Below the pieces are notes generated by a model, which searched no databases, was not told where the DNA came from, and saw nothing but the letters and a program-made list of their open reading frames with translations. From Bacteroidales bacterium (GTDB lineage Bacteria > Bacteroidota > Bacteroidia > Bacteroidales > UBA3824): a stretch of 64,000 nt of DNA. Each line of letters begins with the position of its first letter. Within the stretch, counting starts at the first letter, position 1. A program made the position numbers and the translations under genes. This document shows positions 9,612 to 19,733 of this stretch, piece by piece. The stretch is taken from positions 1,897-65,896 of the forward strand of contig JAKSLV010000003.1 of NCBI GenBank assembly GCA_024401025.1. Direction: 5' to 3'.

Positions 9612-10793
9612 ATGAACAGCAACACACCAGCACACCGCCCACACAACAAATACCACGACTACCACGAGCGCGGTATCTACCTTATAACAATTGTTGTAAG
9701 GGACAGGGAGCATGTGTTTGGAGAGCTAAATATGGACAGCAAGCATCCCGGCGTAATCCTTAGCGATACCGGCAAGGCCATAAAGGCCGAATGGGAGAAA
9801 ACCCCAGCCTTCCACGCCGCCAAGGGCCGCAACATATCCATAATAGCCACCTCCATAATGCCAGACCACTTCCACAGCGTGGTATTTGTAAAGGAGAGGA
9901 TGGAGGTGGGATTAGGAGAGATAATACGCCAATACAAAAGCCTATGCACACAAGAATGGAGATCAATTGTTACGGGTCAACCAAAATTGGTTGACAACAC
10001 AAGCAATAAGCAAGCAGAAAAAATACCAGACCAAATAATAGACTACCCCGATCCAGAAACCGGCCAAATAAAAAAACTACTACTAAAAAACCTATCTAAA
10101 AAACAGCGCCAATATTATTACTCCACCCTTCCCCGTTCATCGCAGCCGCTTTTTGCTGACGACTACGACGACACCATCCTCTACAAGCGGGGACAGCTGC
10201 AGCACATGATAGATTACGTGCATGACAATCCGCGGAGGGCAATATACAGGGCGCTGTATCCCAATCTCTATCAGAGGCTTACCAAGGTGGAGATAAACGG
10301 CAGGATATACGGCGCTTTCGGAAACATGTTTCTGCTGAAATGGCCGCACAAGGTGGCGGTATGGTTTCACAGGCACGAGCAGAGCCCCGAAAACCTGCGA
10401 CTGCCCATAGCGCACCGCAAGCGTTACGAGGAAACCGAACAGTTTGCCAACGAACGCGCCAACCTCCACGAGATGGCCGAGGACGGATCCCTGATAGTGA
10501 CGGCTGGCATCAGCAAGGGTGAGCAGATCATCAAGCGGGACTGCATGGAACGCGGATACCGTATGATACACATACAGAAGGAGCCCATCACCGATTTCTG
10601 GAAACCCGAGAAACAGCGTTTCGACATCTGCGAGAGCGGCAGGCTGCTGATACTGGCACCGCTGGATATCGACAAGATGCCTCAGGTAAACGGCGTGGAA
10701 TCCACCGCCAGATACTCGCAATTCCACAACCTCAACACATTGGCGCAGGAGATTGCCGATTTTCACGGCGAGGCCCACATCAAGCGCTCATAG
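9612..10793 (+). CDS. HUH Y1 (IS200/RAYT-like) transposase with C-terminal Rossmann (DprA/SLOG-like) domain
   Basis: HDY..RGIYLITIVV, IMPDHFH (HUH), DYVHDNP (catalytic Tyr region); about 170 aa extra C-terminus; ATG at 9612 follows a TATATTTG element. Confidence 0.8.
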   Translation: MNSNTPAHRPHNKYHDYHERGIYLITIVVRDREHVFGELNMDSKHPGVILSDTGKAIKAEWEKTPAFHAAKGRNISIIATSIMPDHFHSVVFVKERMEVGLGEIIRQYKSLCTQEWRSIVTGQPKLVDNTSNKQAEKIPDQIIDYPDPETGQIKKLLLKNLSKKQRQYYYSTLPRSSQPLFADDYDDTILYKRGQLQHMIDYVHDNPRRAIYRALYPNLYQRLTKVEINGRIYGAFGNMFLLKWPHKVAVWFHRHEQSPENLRLPIAHRKRYEETEQFANERANLHEMAEDGSLIVTAGISKGEQIIKRDCMERGYRMIHIQKEPITDFWKPEKQRFDICESGRLLILAPLDIDKMPQVNGVESTARYSQFHNLNTLAQEIADFHGEAHIKRS

Positions 10794-10797
10794 ATAC

Positions 10798-10833
10798 AAA
10801 AAAAAGCATCCGATATCACATCGGATGCCTTTC
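10798..10833. terminator. Bidirectional terminator hairpin between transposase and GH43
   Basis: A-tract, gcatccgat / atcggatgc, T-rich tail. Confidence 0.75.
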
Positions 10834-10866
10834 TACTAAAATAATATTGAGGAAAATTTTTACTAA

Positions 10867-12600
10867 TTACTCGTTTACTTTCTTACCCCAGTATGTGGTG
10901 AAAGACTTGCTGTCGATACCGGCGTATACCAGGGTGATGCTGCGGGGCGAGGCCTCCCAATCGAGCTCGGCATCCACCACCAGAACAGATTTCTGACCAC
11001 CCACCTCTATGGTGAGGTATTTCTTGCTGGCATCGAAACTCCACTTACCGGTCAATGCGCCCGTCATGGTGTGATCGGCCTTGAACTCCACCGGCTTCGA
11101 CTCGTCCATTACGGCATACTTGTACACCAGGTCGATGTGCTCCCACTTGCCCACAATGTTCTGCTCGGTAATCTTCTGGGCAGGACAATTAGCATAACGC
11201 TCGGGATATGCCACAGGCCAGAGCTCGCTGTCGTTGTCGGCAGATTTTGGACACCATGCAAGCTTTCTTACGTGGCCCATCATCACGGCGTTGGGCGCCC
11301 AGTTGTCGATGCCCTCGGGGAAACGGGCCTGCGACATGTAGAACCATTCCTTGGTGTCGTTGTGCTGGAAAATGGCGCAGTGAGAGAAACCCACCCAGCC
11401 ACGGCTGTCATCTCTAAACTTGTAAGGATGTGTAACTATAGGCAGCGGATTTGGGCAGTTGCCATTGGTGAACTGATGCCCGGTGATATCGTAATATGGG
11501 CCCTCGATGCCCTGTACCGAGCGCACCACGCGGGTATGATAAGGAACATCAAGACCATCGTTGGCAAAGAACAGATAGAACGCGCCATCCTTCTCGATAA
11601 TCTCGGGGCCCTCTGATGCCTGCCAGCGCGAAACGCCGCGTGTGCCTATGCGTACGCCGAAGTTTGCCGACAGCGATGCATAATCATCGGCCCAGGGATC
11701 AGCCTCGGTATTCTTTATAGGCTTGCCGGTGGCGGGATTTATCTCCAGAAGGGCGAAACCACTGTGCCAAGATCCGTAGATAAGGTAATGTCTGCCATTG
11801 GAAGCCTGGATGTAGGTAGGGTCGATGGCGTTGTAGAAGAAATAAGCGGTGTTCCATGACTCAGCCGAGAGGTCCTTCCTCGAGAAATCCAGACCCTTGT
11901 CGGAAGCCGAGGTGGTTACATATCCCAGATCCTTCCATGCCGATGGACCGCCGTTGGGATTGGTGGTCTCGGCCACTCCAATAAGGGCGCGCTCTGTCCA
12001 GCTCTTTGGGAAAGTGGTGTTTGGTCGGGCGCCGTTGGAGATAAAGTTGTCGATGCCCACGCAATAATATATGCGCACCTTGCCGTCCACCACTCTGGCC
12101 ACTGGAGCCCAGTACAGAGTGCTGAAATTGGCCCTAGGAATCTCAGCAAGGCCCATCCTCTTGCGGATGTCATTTATCTTTACGGCTGCCCACTCGGGGA
12201 AATCGTTCATGATGCCGGGCACATACTCCCAGTTTACGAGGTCCTTGGAACGCTTGCCCTGAAAATGCTTGCCGTTAGTGGCCTGGTCGTGGGCGTTTCC
12301 AAACGAAGCATCAGTTCCAAACATATAATAGTAGCCATCGGCAGGCCAGTAGAATACAGAAGGATCGTGCACGTTGGCCAGGTTCCAGTTCTTGTGATTC
12401 TTCCACTCGGCTATGGAGCGGTAGTCGTCGGGATAGTCGGGAGCCTTCCAGTCACCGGGGTCCAGGCTGTTGTCTACCTTGTCGTTATCTTTTTCTATAG
12501 TGCTGATGCCTACTCCTGATGGTTCGTCATCGCTGCAGGATGCCAGCGACAGGGCCGCCATGGCCAATGCAGAGAATAATAAATGTCTTGTTTTCATCAT
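10867..12600 (-). CDS. GH43 endo-1,5-alpha-L-arabinanase-like lipoprotein
   Basis: Lipobox LASC; NVHDPS, WAP, NAIDP, YGSWHSG, SEGP GH43 motifs; C-terminal GH43_C-like domain. Confidence 0.85.
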   Translation of the reverse strand: MMKTRHLLFSALAMAALSLASCSDDEPSGVGISTIEKDNDKVDNSLDPGDWKAPDYPDDYRSIAEWKNHKNWNLANVHDPSVFYWPADGYYYMFGTDASFGNAHDQATNGKHFQGKRSKDLVNWEYVPGIMNDFPEWAAVKINDIRKRMGLAEIPRANFSTLYWAPVARVVDGKVRIYYCVGIDNFISNGARPNTTFPKSWTERALIGVAETTNPNGGPSAWKDLGYVTTSASDKGLDFSRKDLSAESWNTAYFFYNAIDPTYIQASNGRHYLIYGSWHSGFALLEINPATGKPIKNTEADPWADDYASLSANFGVRIGTRGVSRWQASEGPEIIEKDGAFYLFFANDGLDVPYHTRVVRSVQGIEGPYYDITGHQFTNGNCPNPLPIVTHPYKFRDDSRGWVGFSHCAIFQHNDTKEWFYMSQARFPEGIDNWAPNAVMMGHVRKLAWCPKSADNDSELWPVAYPERYANCPAQKITEQNIVGKWEHIDLVYKYAVMDESKPVEFKADHTMTGALTGKWSFDASKKYLTIEVGGQKSVLVVDAELDWEASPRSITLVYAGIDSKSFTTYWGKKVNE

Positions 12601-12686
12601 ACAATTATTTAGAGGTTAATAAATCTGTTTGACACCACTAAATTATCACAAAAGCGCCAGTATGGAGAGTAATTTTGAAAATAAAA

Positions 12687-12714
12687 GGTGGATTTTTCGA
12701 AAATTTCAGGTGCA
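12687..12714 (-). promoter_or_regulatory. GGTGGA / GGTGCA pair 22 bp apart; probable HTCS site
   Basis: GGTGGA at 12687 and GGTGCA at 12709, upstream of the GH43 start. Confidence 0.55.
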
Positions 12715-12722
12715 CAAACAGC

Positions 12723-12768
12723 AAAAAAAAGAACCTCCTGACAGCCAAAAGGCTGTCGGAAGGTTCTT
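12723..12768 (-). terminator. Terminator after susD
   Basis: aagaacctcctgacagcc / ggctgtcggaaggttctt stem, T-tract on minus strand. Confidence 0.8.
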
Positions 12769-12806
12769 GGATGCATTTATCAGATAAAAAACGGTAACTA
12801 AACTAA

Positions 12807-14573
12807 TTAATCGAGATTTACTACTGGATGCACTGCAAAGGCAGGAGTATTGGCGATGTTGTTGTTGGCCGAGTTTCCGGTCATGTTAGGATTGGCATCG
12901 ATGATACCCTGATAGATTGGCAGATACTCGTGGCCGGGATTCCATGTCTTGAAAGACGAGATGTAGGCAGCATCAGAATCCATATTCGTGGTGATGGCAT
13001 CCTTGTTGCACTTAGTGTTGTCTTTCTTGGCGGTGCCGTGGAGCTTTATCTGGGCCAGACGGTCGGCATCGTAGAAGAAGCCCCAGCGGATGAGGTCGAT
13101 ACCACGGCCAAACTCGCAGCCAAGCTCCTTTGGACGCTCCACGTTGGCAATCTGCTCGAAGAGCTTGTCCTTGGTGTTGAACTTGCTCTGGTCGAGGTCG
13201 TTGAGGGCGGCGCGGCGGCGTACCTGGTTGATGTATCCAAAAGCCTTTGCTGTAGGTCCGTTGATCTCGTTCTCGCACTCGGCGGCAAGCAGAAGAACAT
13301 CTGCAAGACGGATGATGCGGAGGTTGATACCGCAGCGGAGACCGGCGATGATCTTGTCGTAGAGGCCTGTGCGCGAGTTGGTGTTCTTGCATACAGGGAT
13401 ACCGCCGTTGGCGCCGTTGGTGGAAATGTCGTCGCCGGTAATCACCTGCTGGTACATCTCGTTTTTGCGGGGATCGCCGTCAGGATATGCGGCAGTCTTC
13501 TGTCCTGTGTACTGGTCGTACTCCTTCTCGTATGTTCCGAGAGTCCAGTAGAGACGTGGATCCAGGCCGCCGTCGGTGGTTTTCTCTGCCTTGAAGAGGT
13601 TGTAGAGCCATGGCGAGGCAGCGTTGTCGGCCCAGCCGGAGAATGTGAGAGGACCAAACTGAGCCTCTATTGCATGACCCTGTGTGGCATCCTTGGAGTT
13701 GTTGTTAGGAGTCCACTCGTCTATGTTGCCCTGCTGACCGTAATCGAGGAACTGGATCTCGTAGATAGACTCCGAGTTGTTCTCGTCGACACCCTCGCGG
13801 AAGTTGGCACCATAATCTGCTGTAAGAGCGTATGCGCCGTACTCGCCGTTGATGATGTTGTCGAGGAGTGTCTGAGCCGACTTGTAGTCATGCTGGAACA
13901 TGTACACCTTGGCAAGCAGAGCGGCAGCGGCAGCCTTGGTGGCGCGTCCCTGCTCCCACTGGCCGCCCTCGTTCTTGGTAGGGAGCAGCTGGAGAGCCTC
14001 CTGGAGGTCTGATACTGCCTGTGCAAGCACCTCGGCCTGAGGCTTGGGACCCTGATACAGAGTCTCGAGATATGTGTAGTCCTTGTAGTCGGTTATGATG
14101 GCGGCGTTCTGATAATGAACGGCCAGCATGTAGTAGCCCTGTCCGCGGAAGAAGGCTGCCTGACCCTTTACTCTCTTCATAGCCTCATCCGACGACTGGG
14201 CGTCGATATCAGAGGTCTTGGAAATCACGAAATTGGCCACGTTGATGGTGTAATACCAGTCGCGCCAGATCCACTGGCTCATCTCGTCGGTTACGGGCAT
14301 GTTGAGCGCATCAGCTGGCAACCACCATACCTGACCTGCGTTGTATACCTCGTCGCCGCGGAGTATGTCGTAGGCGTAGCCGTAACGTGAATATGTACCC
14401 TCCATGCGCGAGTGATTGTAGCAGGCAATCACTGCCGACTCCAGATCGGCCAGAGAGTTTCCGAATACTGATGTTGTCTGCTGGTTGGGATTTATAACAT
14501 CCAACTGGTCGCTACAAGAGGACGCTCCTGCAAGCAACGCCATTGCAGCCATTGCTATAGTATATTTTTTCAT
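12807..14573 (-). CDS. susD: RagB/SusD family nutrient-uptake lipoprotein
   Basis: Lipobox ASSC; GRATKAAAAALLAKVY, ESIYEIQF, IRLADVLLLAAE, ER.KELGCE motifs; follows susC. Confidence 0.93.
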   Translation of the reverse strand: MKKYTIAMAAMALLAGASSCSDQLDVINPNQQTTSVFGNSLADLESAVIACYNHSRMEGTYSRYGYAYDILRGDEVYNAGQVWWLPADALNMPVTDEMSQWIWRDWYYTINVANFVISKTSDIDAQSSDEAMKRVKGQAAFFRGQGYYMLAVHYQNAAIITDYKDYTYLETLYQGPKPQAEVLAQAVSDLQEALQLLPTKNEGGQWEQGRATKAAAAALLAKVYMFQHDYKSAQTLLDNIINGEYGAYALTADYGANFREGVDENNSESIYEIQFLDYGQQGNIDEWTPNNNSKDATQGHAIEAQFGPLTFSGWADNAASPWLYNLFKAEKTTDGGLDPRLYWTLGTYEKEYDQYTGQKTAAYPDGDPRKNEMYQQVITGDDISTNGANGGIPVCKNTNSRTGLYDKIIAGLRCGINLRIIRLADVLLLAAECENEINGPTAKAFGYINQVRRRAALNDLDQSKFNTKDKLFEQIANVERPKELGCEFGRGIDLIRWGFFYDADRLAQIKLHGTAKKDNTKCNKDAITTNMDSDAAYISSFKTWNPGHEYLPIYQGIIDANPNMTGNSANNNIANTPAFAVHPVVNLD

Positions 14574-14620
14574 ATTGATGTCGAAATAATGATGATTAAC
14601 ATTCTTTATTATTGCCTCCG

Positions 14621-17600
14621 TTAGAACGATGCACGCAAACCAACCATGAATGTTCTAGGAGTTGGGAACGAGCAGTAGTTGACACCAGGAGTAAATACGC
14701 CGCCGGCGTAGTCGATGTTGTAACCCTTGTACTTAGAGAGTGTGGCAAGATTCTGTCCTGATACGTACATTCTCACATTTGAAACCACGTCGTGGAACCA
14801 AGCGTTGGGGAAGTTGTAGCCAATCTCTACGTTGGAAATCTTCCAGTAGTTGGCCTTCTGAATCTTACGCTCAGAGAAGAGGTCGTTCCAGCCAAGCTCT
14901 GATGTGCTCTCGAGATAGGTTCTTGGAACGTCGGAGATGTATGTGCCGTTGGCGTCGAACTTGTTGGCGTCGAGTACCTTTGTAAGGTGGTTGTTGCCGC
15001 CGTAGCAGCTGCTGAGTCCGTTGTAGAGAGCATCAGCAACCTTGTATTTGAGAGCGCCGAAAGTGGCTACCGAGAGATCCCAGCCCTTGTACTCTACGCG
15101 GCCGCTGATACCGAAGCTGATCTTTGGAAGGCCCGAGCCGAGTACTGTCTGGTCGTATGCGTCGATGATGCCGTCAGGCTGGCCATCAGGACCGCTGATG
15201 TCCTTGTATGCGCAGTCGCCCACGTTGGCGCCGTTCTGGGTGGCATGGCCGTCTAGCTGATCCTGTGTGCGGAAGATACCCTCGTATATCCAGCCGTAGA
15301 ACTGTCCTACCTCCTGGCCAACGATGGTGATGTTGGCGCCATCGATGCGCTGCAGACCGTTGCCGGCGCCGAGAGAGGTTACCTTGTTCTTAAGTGTCGA
15401 CATGTTGAATGAGAGGTCGTACTTGAGAGCGCGCTTGTAGTTGTGGTAGTTGGCGCTGAACTCAAATCCAGAGTTCTCCATAGAGGCGGCGTTCATTGTA
15501 ACAGTGTTGTTTGGTGGATTGTGTGTACCAGAGATGTTTGGCACTGGTACTTCGTAGAGAAGGTCCTCAGAGTTGTTCTTGTAATACTCGAATGTAAAGT
15601 CGAATGCGCCGTCAAGCATGCCGAGGTCGATACCGAACGATGTTGACTTCTTCTTCTCCCAGGCGATGGCTGTGTTTACGAACTTGGTGATGGCCGATCC
15701 GTATACCACGTTGCCGCCAAAGCTGTATGAGAAGTTGTTGGTGTCCATAACGTCCATGTACTGATACTCACCGATGTTCTCGTTACCGAGGATACCGTAG
15801 CTTCCGCGCAGCTTCAGGAGGTTGATGAGACGGCTGTCTACATTGAAGAAGCTCTCCTTATCCAATCTCCATCCCAAAGATACTGATGGGAACACGCCCC
15901 AGCGGTCGTCGGAAGAGAGTCTTGAAGAACCATCGCGGCGTACTGTGGCAGAAAGGAGGTACTTGCCGTCGTAGTCGTAGTTGATACGGCCGATGTATGA
16001 TGCAAGCACGTGCTGTGTCTCAGCCGACTCGGCGTCGCGGTCCTTTCCGTTGTTGATCTGGAGGTAATATGGCGACTGGTATGTGATACCCCAGGCTGAT
16101 ACTCGGTTGAAGTACTCGTTCTCGTAGGTCTGGCCCACAACTACGTTCAAGTGGTTGCTGCCAAACTTGCCATCGTATGTGATGGTGTTCTCGATGAGGG
16201 CATCGTCGTAGTTGCGGAAGCCCTGTGAGAGGCGCTCGTAGCTCTTGTCCTCATAGATCTTGTTGGTCTGTATCCATGCGCCGATCCATGTGCGGTCCTT
16301 GGCGTATGTCTTGCTGTAAGAGAGGTTCAGATTGTAGTGGAGCGAGTGGTTGTCGTTCTGGAAACCTACCATCTTGAAGAGGTCCACATCAGTAGAGGCC
16401 GAAGCCACTATGCGGTCCACCTTTGTGTTACGCTCCAGGTTGTTGAGCAGGAGCAATGGGTTTGATCGGCCGTAATCGCCGTGTACCACAGGATCAGCCA
16501 CGCCAAAACCGTATGCATCGTATTCGTAAGCCTTGGCAGCCGAGATTCTGTCGTCGAGACACCATGTGGAAGGATCGTAAGCCTTGATTGTAGGCTGGAT
16601 GTAGAGGGCCTGCTCAAGCACGTTACCCTGGTTACCGTAGAGACCATCCACAAACTCGTTGGCGTTTGATACGGCCAGAGCGTCCTGATCTGAGTGAGAG
16701 TAAACAAAGCTTGTCTTAATCTTCAGGAACTTAACATCCATGGTGTTGTTTACACGAGCGGTGTAGCGCTGGAAGTTTGGACCTGCACCCTCGATGGCGC
16801 CGTTCTGCTTAAAGTAGTCGAGGCCGATGTTGTAGGTTCCGTTCTCGCTACCGCCCGAGAGGTTGACGTTGTGGTTCTGGCGGATACCGGTCTTGAAGAT
16901 GGCATCAAACCAGTCGGTATTTACGGTGCTGTTGCCGTTGGCATCCAGAAGAGTGTGGGCCGATCCTGGCACATAACCCTCGGGAAGTGTAGAACCCGAG
17001 TTCTTGGCGGCCTGAGTCATATACTCCACATACTGGTTGGCATCCATCACGTCGTACTTGTTGTTGTTCACCTTGTCGATACCGAGGTATCCTGAATATT
17101 CAACCTTGAGAGGCTGATTCTTCTTTCCCGACTTGGTGGTGATGATGATAACGCCGTTGGCAGCGCGCGAACCGTAGATGGCGGCGGCCGACGCATCCTT
17201 CAGGATCTGGATAGAGGCGATGTCGTTGGGAGAGAAATCGCGGATAGACGACATTGGCACACCGTCCACTACATAGAGAGGCGCTGTGGAGCCAAACGAG
17301 CCGATACCGCGGATTCTTACAGAAGGATCGGCACCAGGCTGACCATCAGTGGTGATCTGCACACCGGCCACCTTACCCTCAAGCATTGTGGATATGTTGG
17401 AATTGGAAACCTTCTTCATCTCGTCGGCATCCACGATGGCCACCGATCCGGTAAGGTCTACCTTCTTCTGTGTACCATAGCCGATTACCACAACCTGCTC
17501 TATCTCCTTGTTGTCTTCCCTTAGCACCACCTTGCCGATGTTTGTTCTGCCGGCTATCGCAATCTCCTCTGTAGAATATCCTATAAACGAGAATACGAGT

Positions 17601-17842
17601 GTTGCATCAGGATCCACATTGATGCTGAAATTACCATCGAAATCGGTGATTGTACCACTGGTGGTTCCCTTTACGTATACTGATACGCCTGGAATAGGGC
17701 TGCCGGTCTCGTCATATACAACACCTTTTACATTGATGTTGTCCCAAGGGGCGGCAATTTCAGACAGGGGGCTTTTGGTCTCCTCTGCGTAGGCAGATGT
17801 GAGAGCAAGCATTCCCACAAAAACTAAAACTCCTTTTTTCAT
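14621..17842 (-). CDS. susC: SusC/RagA TonB-dependent transporter
   Basis: VVVIGYGTQKK, LKDASAAAIYGSRAANGVIIITTK, C-terminal PRTFMVGLRASF; start taken at MKKGVL (17842). Confidence 0.96.
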   Translation of the reverse strand: MKKGVLVFVGMLALTSAYAEETKSPLSEIAAPWDNINVKGVVYDETGSPIPGVSVYVKGTTSGTITDFDGNFSINVDPDATLVFSFIGYSTEEIAIAGRTNIGKVVLREDNKEIEQVVVIGYGTQKKVDLTGSVAIVDADEMKKVSNSNISTMLEGKVAGVQITTDGQPGADPSVRIRGIGSFGSTAPLYVVDGVPMSSIRDFSPNDIASIQILKDASAAAIYGSRAANGVIIITTKSGKKNQPLKVEYSGYLGIDKVNNNKYDVMDANQYVEYMTQAAKNSGSTLPEGYVPGSAHTLLDANGNSTVNTDWFDAIFKTGIRQNHNVNLSGGSENGTYNIGLDYFKQNGAIEGAGPNFQRYTARVNNTMDVKFLKIKTSFVYSHSDQDALAVSNANEFVDGLYGNQGNVLEQALYIQPTIKAYDPSTWCLDDRISAAKAYEYDAYGFGVADPVVHGDYGRSNPLLLLNNLERNTKVDRIVASASTDVDLFKMVGFQNDNHSLHYNLNLSYSKTYAKDRTWIGAWIQTNKIYEDKSYERLSQGFRNYDDALIENTITYDGKFGSNHLNVVVGQTYENEYFNRVSAWGITYQSPYYLQINNGKDRDAESAETQHVLASYIGRINYDYDGKYLLSATVRRDGSSRLSSDDRWGVFPSVSLGWRLDKESFFNVDSRLINLLKLRGSYGILGNENIGEYQYMDVMDTNNFSYSFGGNVVYGSAITKFVNTAIAWEKKKSTSFGIDLGMLDGAFDFTFEYYKNNSEDLLYEVPVPNISGTHNPPNNTVTMNAASMENSGFEFSANYHNYKRALKYDLSFNMSTLKNKVTSLGAGNGLQRIDGANITIVGQEVGQFYGWIYEGIFRTQDQLDGHATQNGANVGDCAYKDISGPDGQPDGIIDAYDQTVLGSGLPKISFGISGRVEYKGWDLSVATFGALKYKVADALYNGLSSCYGGNNHLTKVLDANKFDANGTYISDVPRTYLESTSELGWNDLFSERKIQKANYWKISNVEIGYNFPNAWFHDVVSNVRMYVSGQNLATLSKYKGYNIDYAGGVFTPGVNYCSFPTPRTFMVGLRASF

Positions 17843-17971
17843 ACTATTAAATTTAAGTCTAAAAAATTGATTACTTATTATTGCTATGCAAACCATAAGC
17901 GCGGCTCCCCGGAAGAGCCGGGCTTGTGTTCTGTTTGCATCGTAAAATTACTACTATTTTTGCTTTCAACA

Positions 17972-17998
17972 GGTCGAAATTTCGACGCAAAAGGTGGA
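17972..17998 (-). promoter_or_regulatory. GGTCGA / GGTGGA pair 21 bp apart upstream of susC; probable HTCS site
   Basis: GGTCGA at 17972, GGTGGA at 17993. Confidence 0.6.
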
Positions 17999-18016
17999 CA
18001 TTGGGTGCAATTTTGA

Positions 18017-19492
18017 TTATTTTATTTTTTTACCCCAAATTGCAAATCCCTGATTATCAATACCTGTAAAGAGGACAGTTGTTTTTTGGTTCTCCCAATC
18101 GTGTCCCACAAAGGCCTTTACGTCAGAAATTTTCTGTCCATCGTATGTAAGCGTAAACACATCGCCGTTGGCAAAATCAGATACATTGTCGCCGGAAAGC
18201 TCCAGAAGCACCGATTTATTTACCTCGTCCTCCAGCAGGGCGTTAGCCTGTCCGTCGGCGCGGTCCTCATGGTTCTGAGGCAGGAAATGATCCTTTATCC
18301 TGATAACCTCGTACTGTCCATATACGGCATCCTTGCCGAGAGGAGTCTCCACATCGCCGGCATACCTTTCAGGCGACAGCATCGGCCAGCCGTCGGCGCG
18401 GAAAAACATGCGCCTTACACACAAATCCATCATGCCGGGATTGCTCTGAGGCCTGCCCTGCGACGCCAGGAAGAAACGTCCCTCGCCATCGGTGAAACAT
18501 GTGCAGTGGGCCATTCCCTGCCATCCCCTGTGGTTCTGGAAACGGTATGGCGCTGTAAGTATCGGATATGTGTTTACCTCTGATGCCGCATCTATGCCCA
18601 TGTAATCGGTGTATGGGCCCTCGGGATGGTCGGCCATGCAGACGCGCACGTTGTAGGTGGTGAACAGCGGACCATAGCTGGTGAAGAGGTAATACTTCTT
18701 GGTATCAGGATTGTAGATAATCTCTGGCGCCTCCATGTTCTCCACCTGCCAGTTGCTGCGGTGGGCAATCATGCGGCCCAGGTCGCCCTCGTTTTTGGCA
18801 AGGCCGGTCTCGCGGCTAAGCTCCAGGGCGTATATTCCGCCGAAAAACGATCCGTAAATCATCCACAGCTTGCCGTTGTCGGCGTCCTCTATTATGGTGG
18901 GGTCTATGGCGTTCATGGCGGTGGAGTCTGATGTCTTCACCACGAGGCCCTTCTGCTGCCAGGGACCCTCGGGCGATGCCGATTCCACAAGGCCTATGGT
19001 GGAAACCCTGCTGCCGAATGTGGACAGGCAGTAATACATCCTGTACACATCGCCCTCCTTATATATAGCAGGGGCCCAGAGGCCGGGAGATGTGTTTTTT
19101 CCTGATATCGGGTATACGTAGTCCCAGGCCTGCGATGGAATGGAATCGAAAGCCCAACCCATAAACTCCCAGTCAATCAGGTTTTTGCTCTTGCGCATGT
19201 GGAGTTTTCCCTCCTTGGGCATGTTGGAAGCTGATGCCGCAGTATCAGCCGGAGCCCACCAGATGGCATCGGTGCTGTAGGCGTAGTAGGTATCGCCAAA
19301 CTTGCGGATGTAGGGGTCGTGAACATTGTAGGGACCCCAGTGCTCCATCTTGTCGATAGTGCCGTATTCGGCATACTCGTCGGCCCATGGATTGGGAGAA
19401 TCCATGATCTGATACGGCTGCTTTTGGCACGACTGCACCGCCAGAGCCGAAACCGCCAGAGCCGAGATTAATAAATTAGCTGTTGCTTTCAT
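18017..19492 (-). CDS. GH43 endo-arabinanase-like lipoprotein
   Basis: Lipobox VQSC; NVHDP, LWAP, NAIDP, YGSFFGG, MEAPE motifs. Confidence 0.87.
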   Translation of the reverse strand: MKATANLLISALAVSALAVQSCQKQPYQIMDSPNPWADEYAEYGTIDKMEHWGPYNVHDPYIRKFGDTYYAYSTDAIWWAPADTAASASNMPKEGKLHMRKSKNLIDWEFMGWAFDSIPSQAWDYVYPISGKNTSPGLWAPAIYKEGDVYRMYYCLSTFGSRVSTIGLVESASPEGPWQQKGLVVKTSDSTAMNAIDPTIIEDADNGKLWMIYGSFFGGIYALELSRETGLAKNEGDLGRMIAHRSNWQVENMEAPEIIYNPDTKKYYLFTSYGPLFTTYNVRVCMADHPEGPYTDYMGIDAASEVNTYPILTAPYRFQNHRGWQGMAHCTCFTDGEGRFFLASQGRPQSNPGMMDLCVRRMFFRADGWPMLSPERYAGDVETPLGKDAVYGQYEVIRIKDHFLPQNHEDRADGQANALLEDEVNKSVLLELSGDNVSDFANGDVFTLTYDGQKISDVKAFVGHDWENQKTTVLFTGIDNQGFAIWGKKIK

Positions 19493-19577
19493 AATTAATA
19501 TTTTTTATAAAATTAATAATGCACTAAATTCAAAATCTTTTCGGTGATACAAAATTAGAATATAACAAACCAGCAAT

Positions 19578-19659
19578 GGTGGATAAATCCATGCAAAAGG
19601 TGGACAACGAACTTTTGAAGCCCAAACACAAGGGTGGACAAATAAAAACAAAGGGTGGA
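19578..19659 (-). promoter_or_regulatory. Two GGTGGA pairs, each 21 bp apart, in the divergent GH43/HTCS region
   Basis: GGTGGA at 19578, 19599, 19633, 19654. Confidence 0.75.
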
Positions 19660-19733
19660 CAAAAGGGGGCGGCCTCTTGCAGATACAAAAAATATCACTA
19701 AATTTGCATCAGAAACCCAAACCCAGAAAAACA

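Noticed and set aside
9612-10793. Canonical IS200/IS605 element
   Set aside because: No tnpB, protein far longer than TnpA, and the two flanking hairpins are unrelated and terminator-like; mobility cannot be shown from one window
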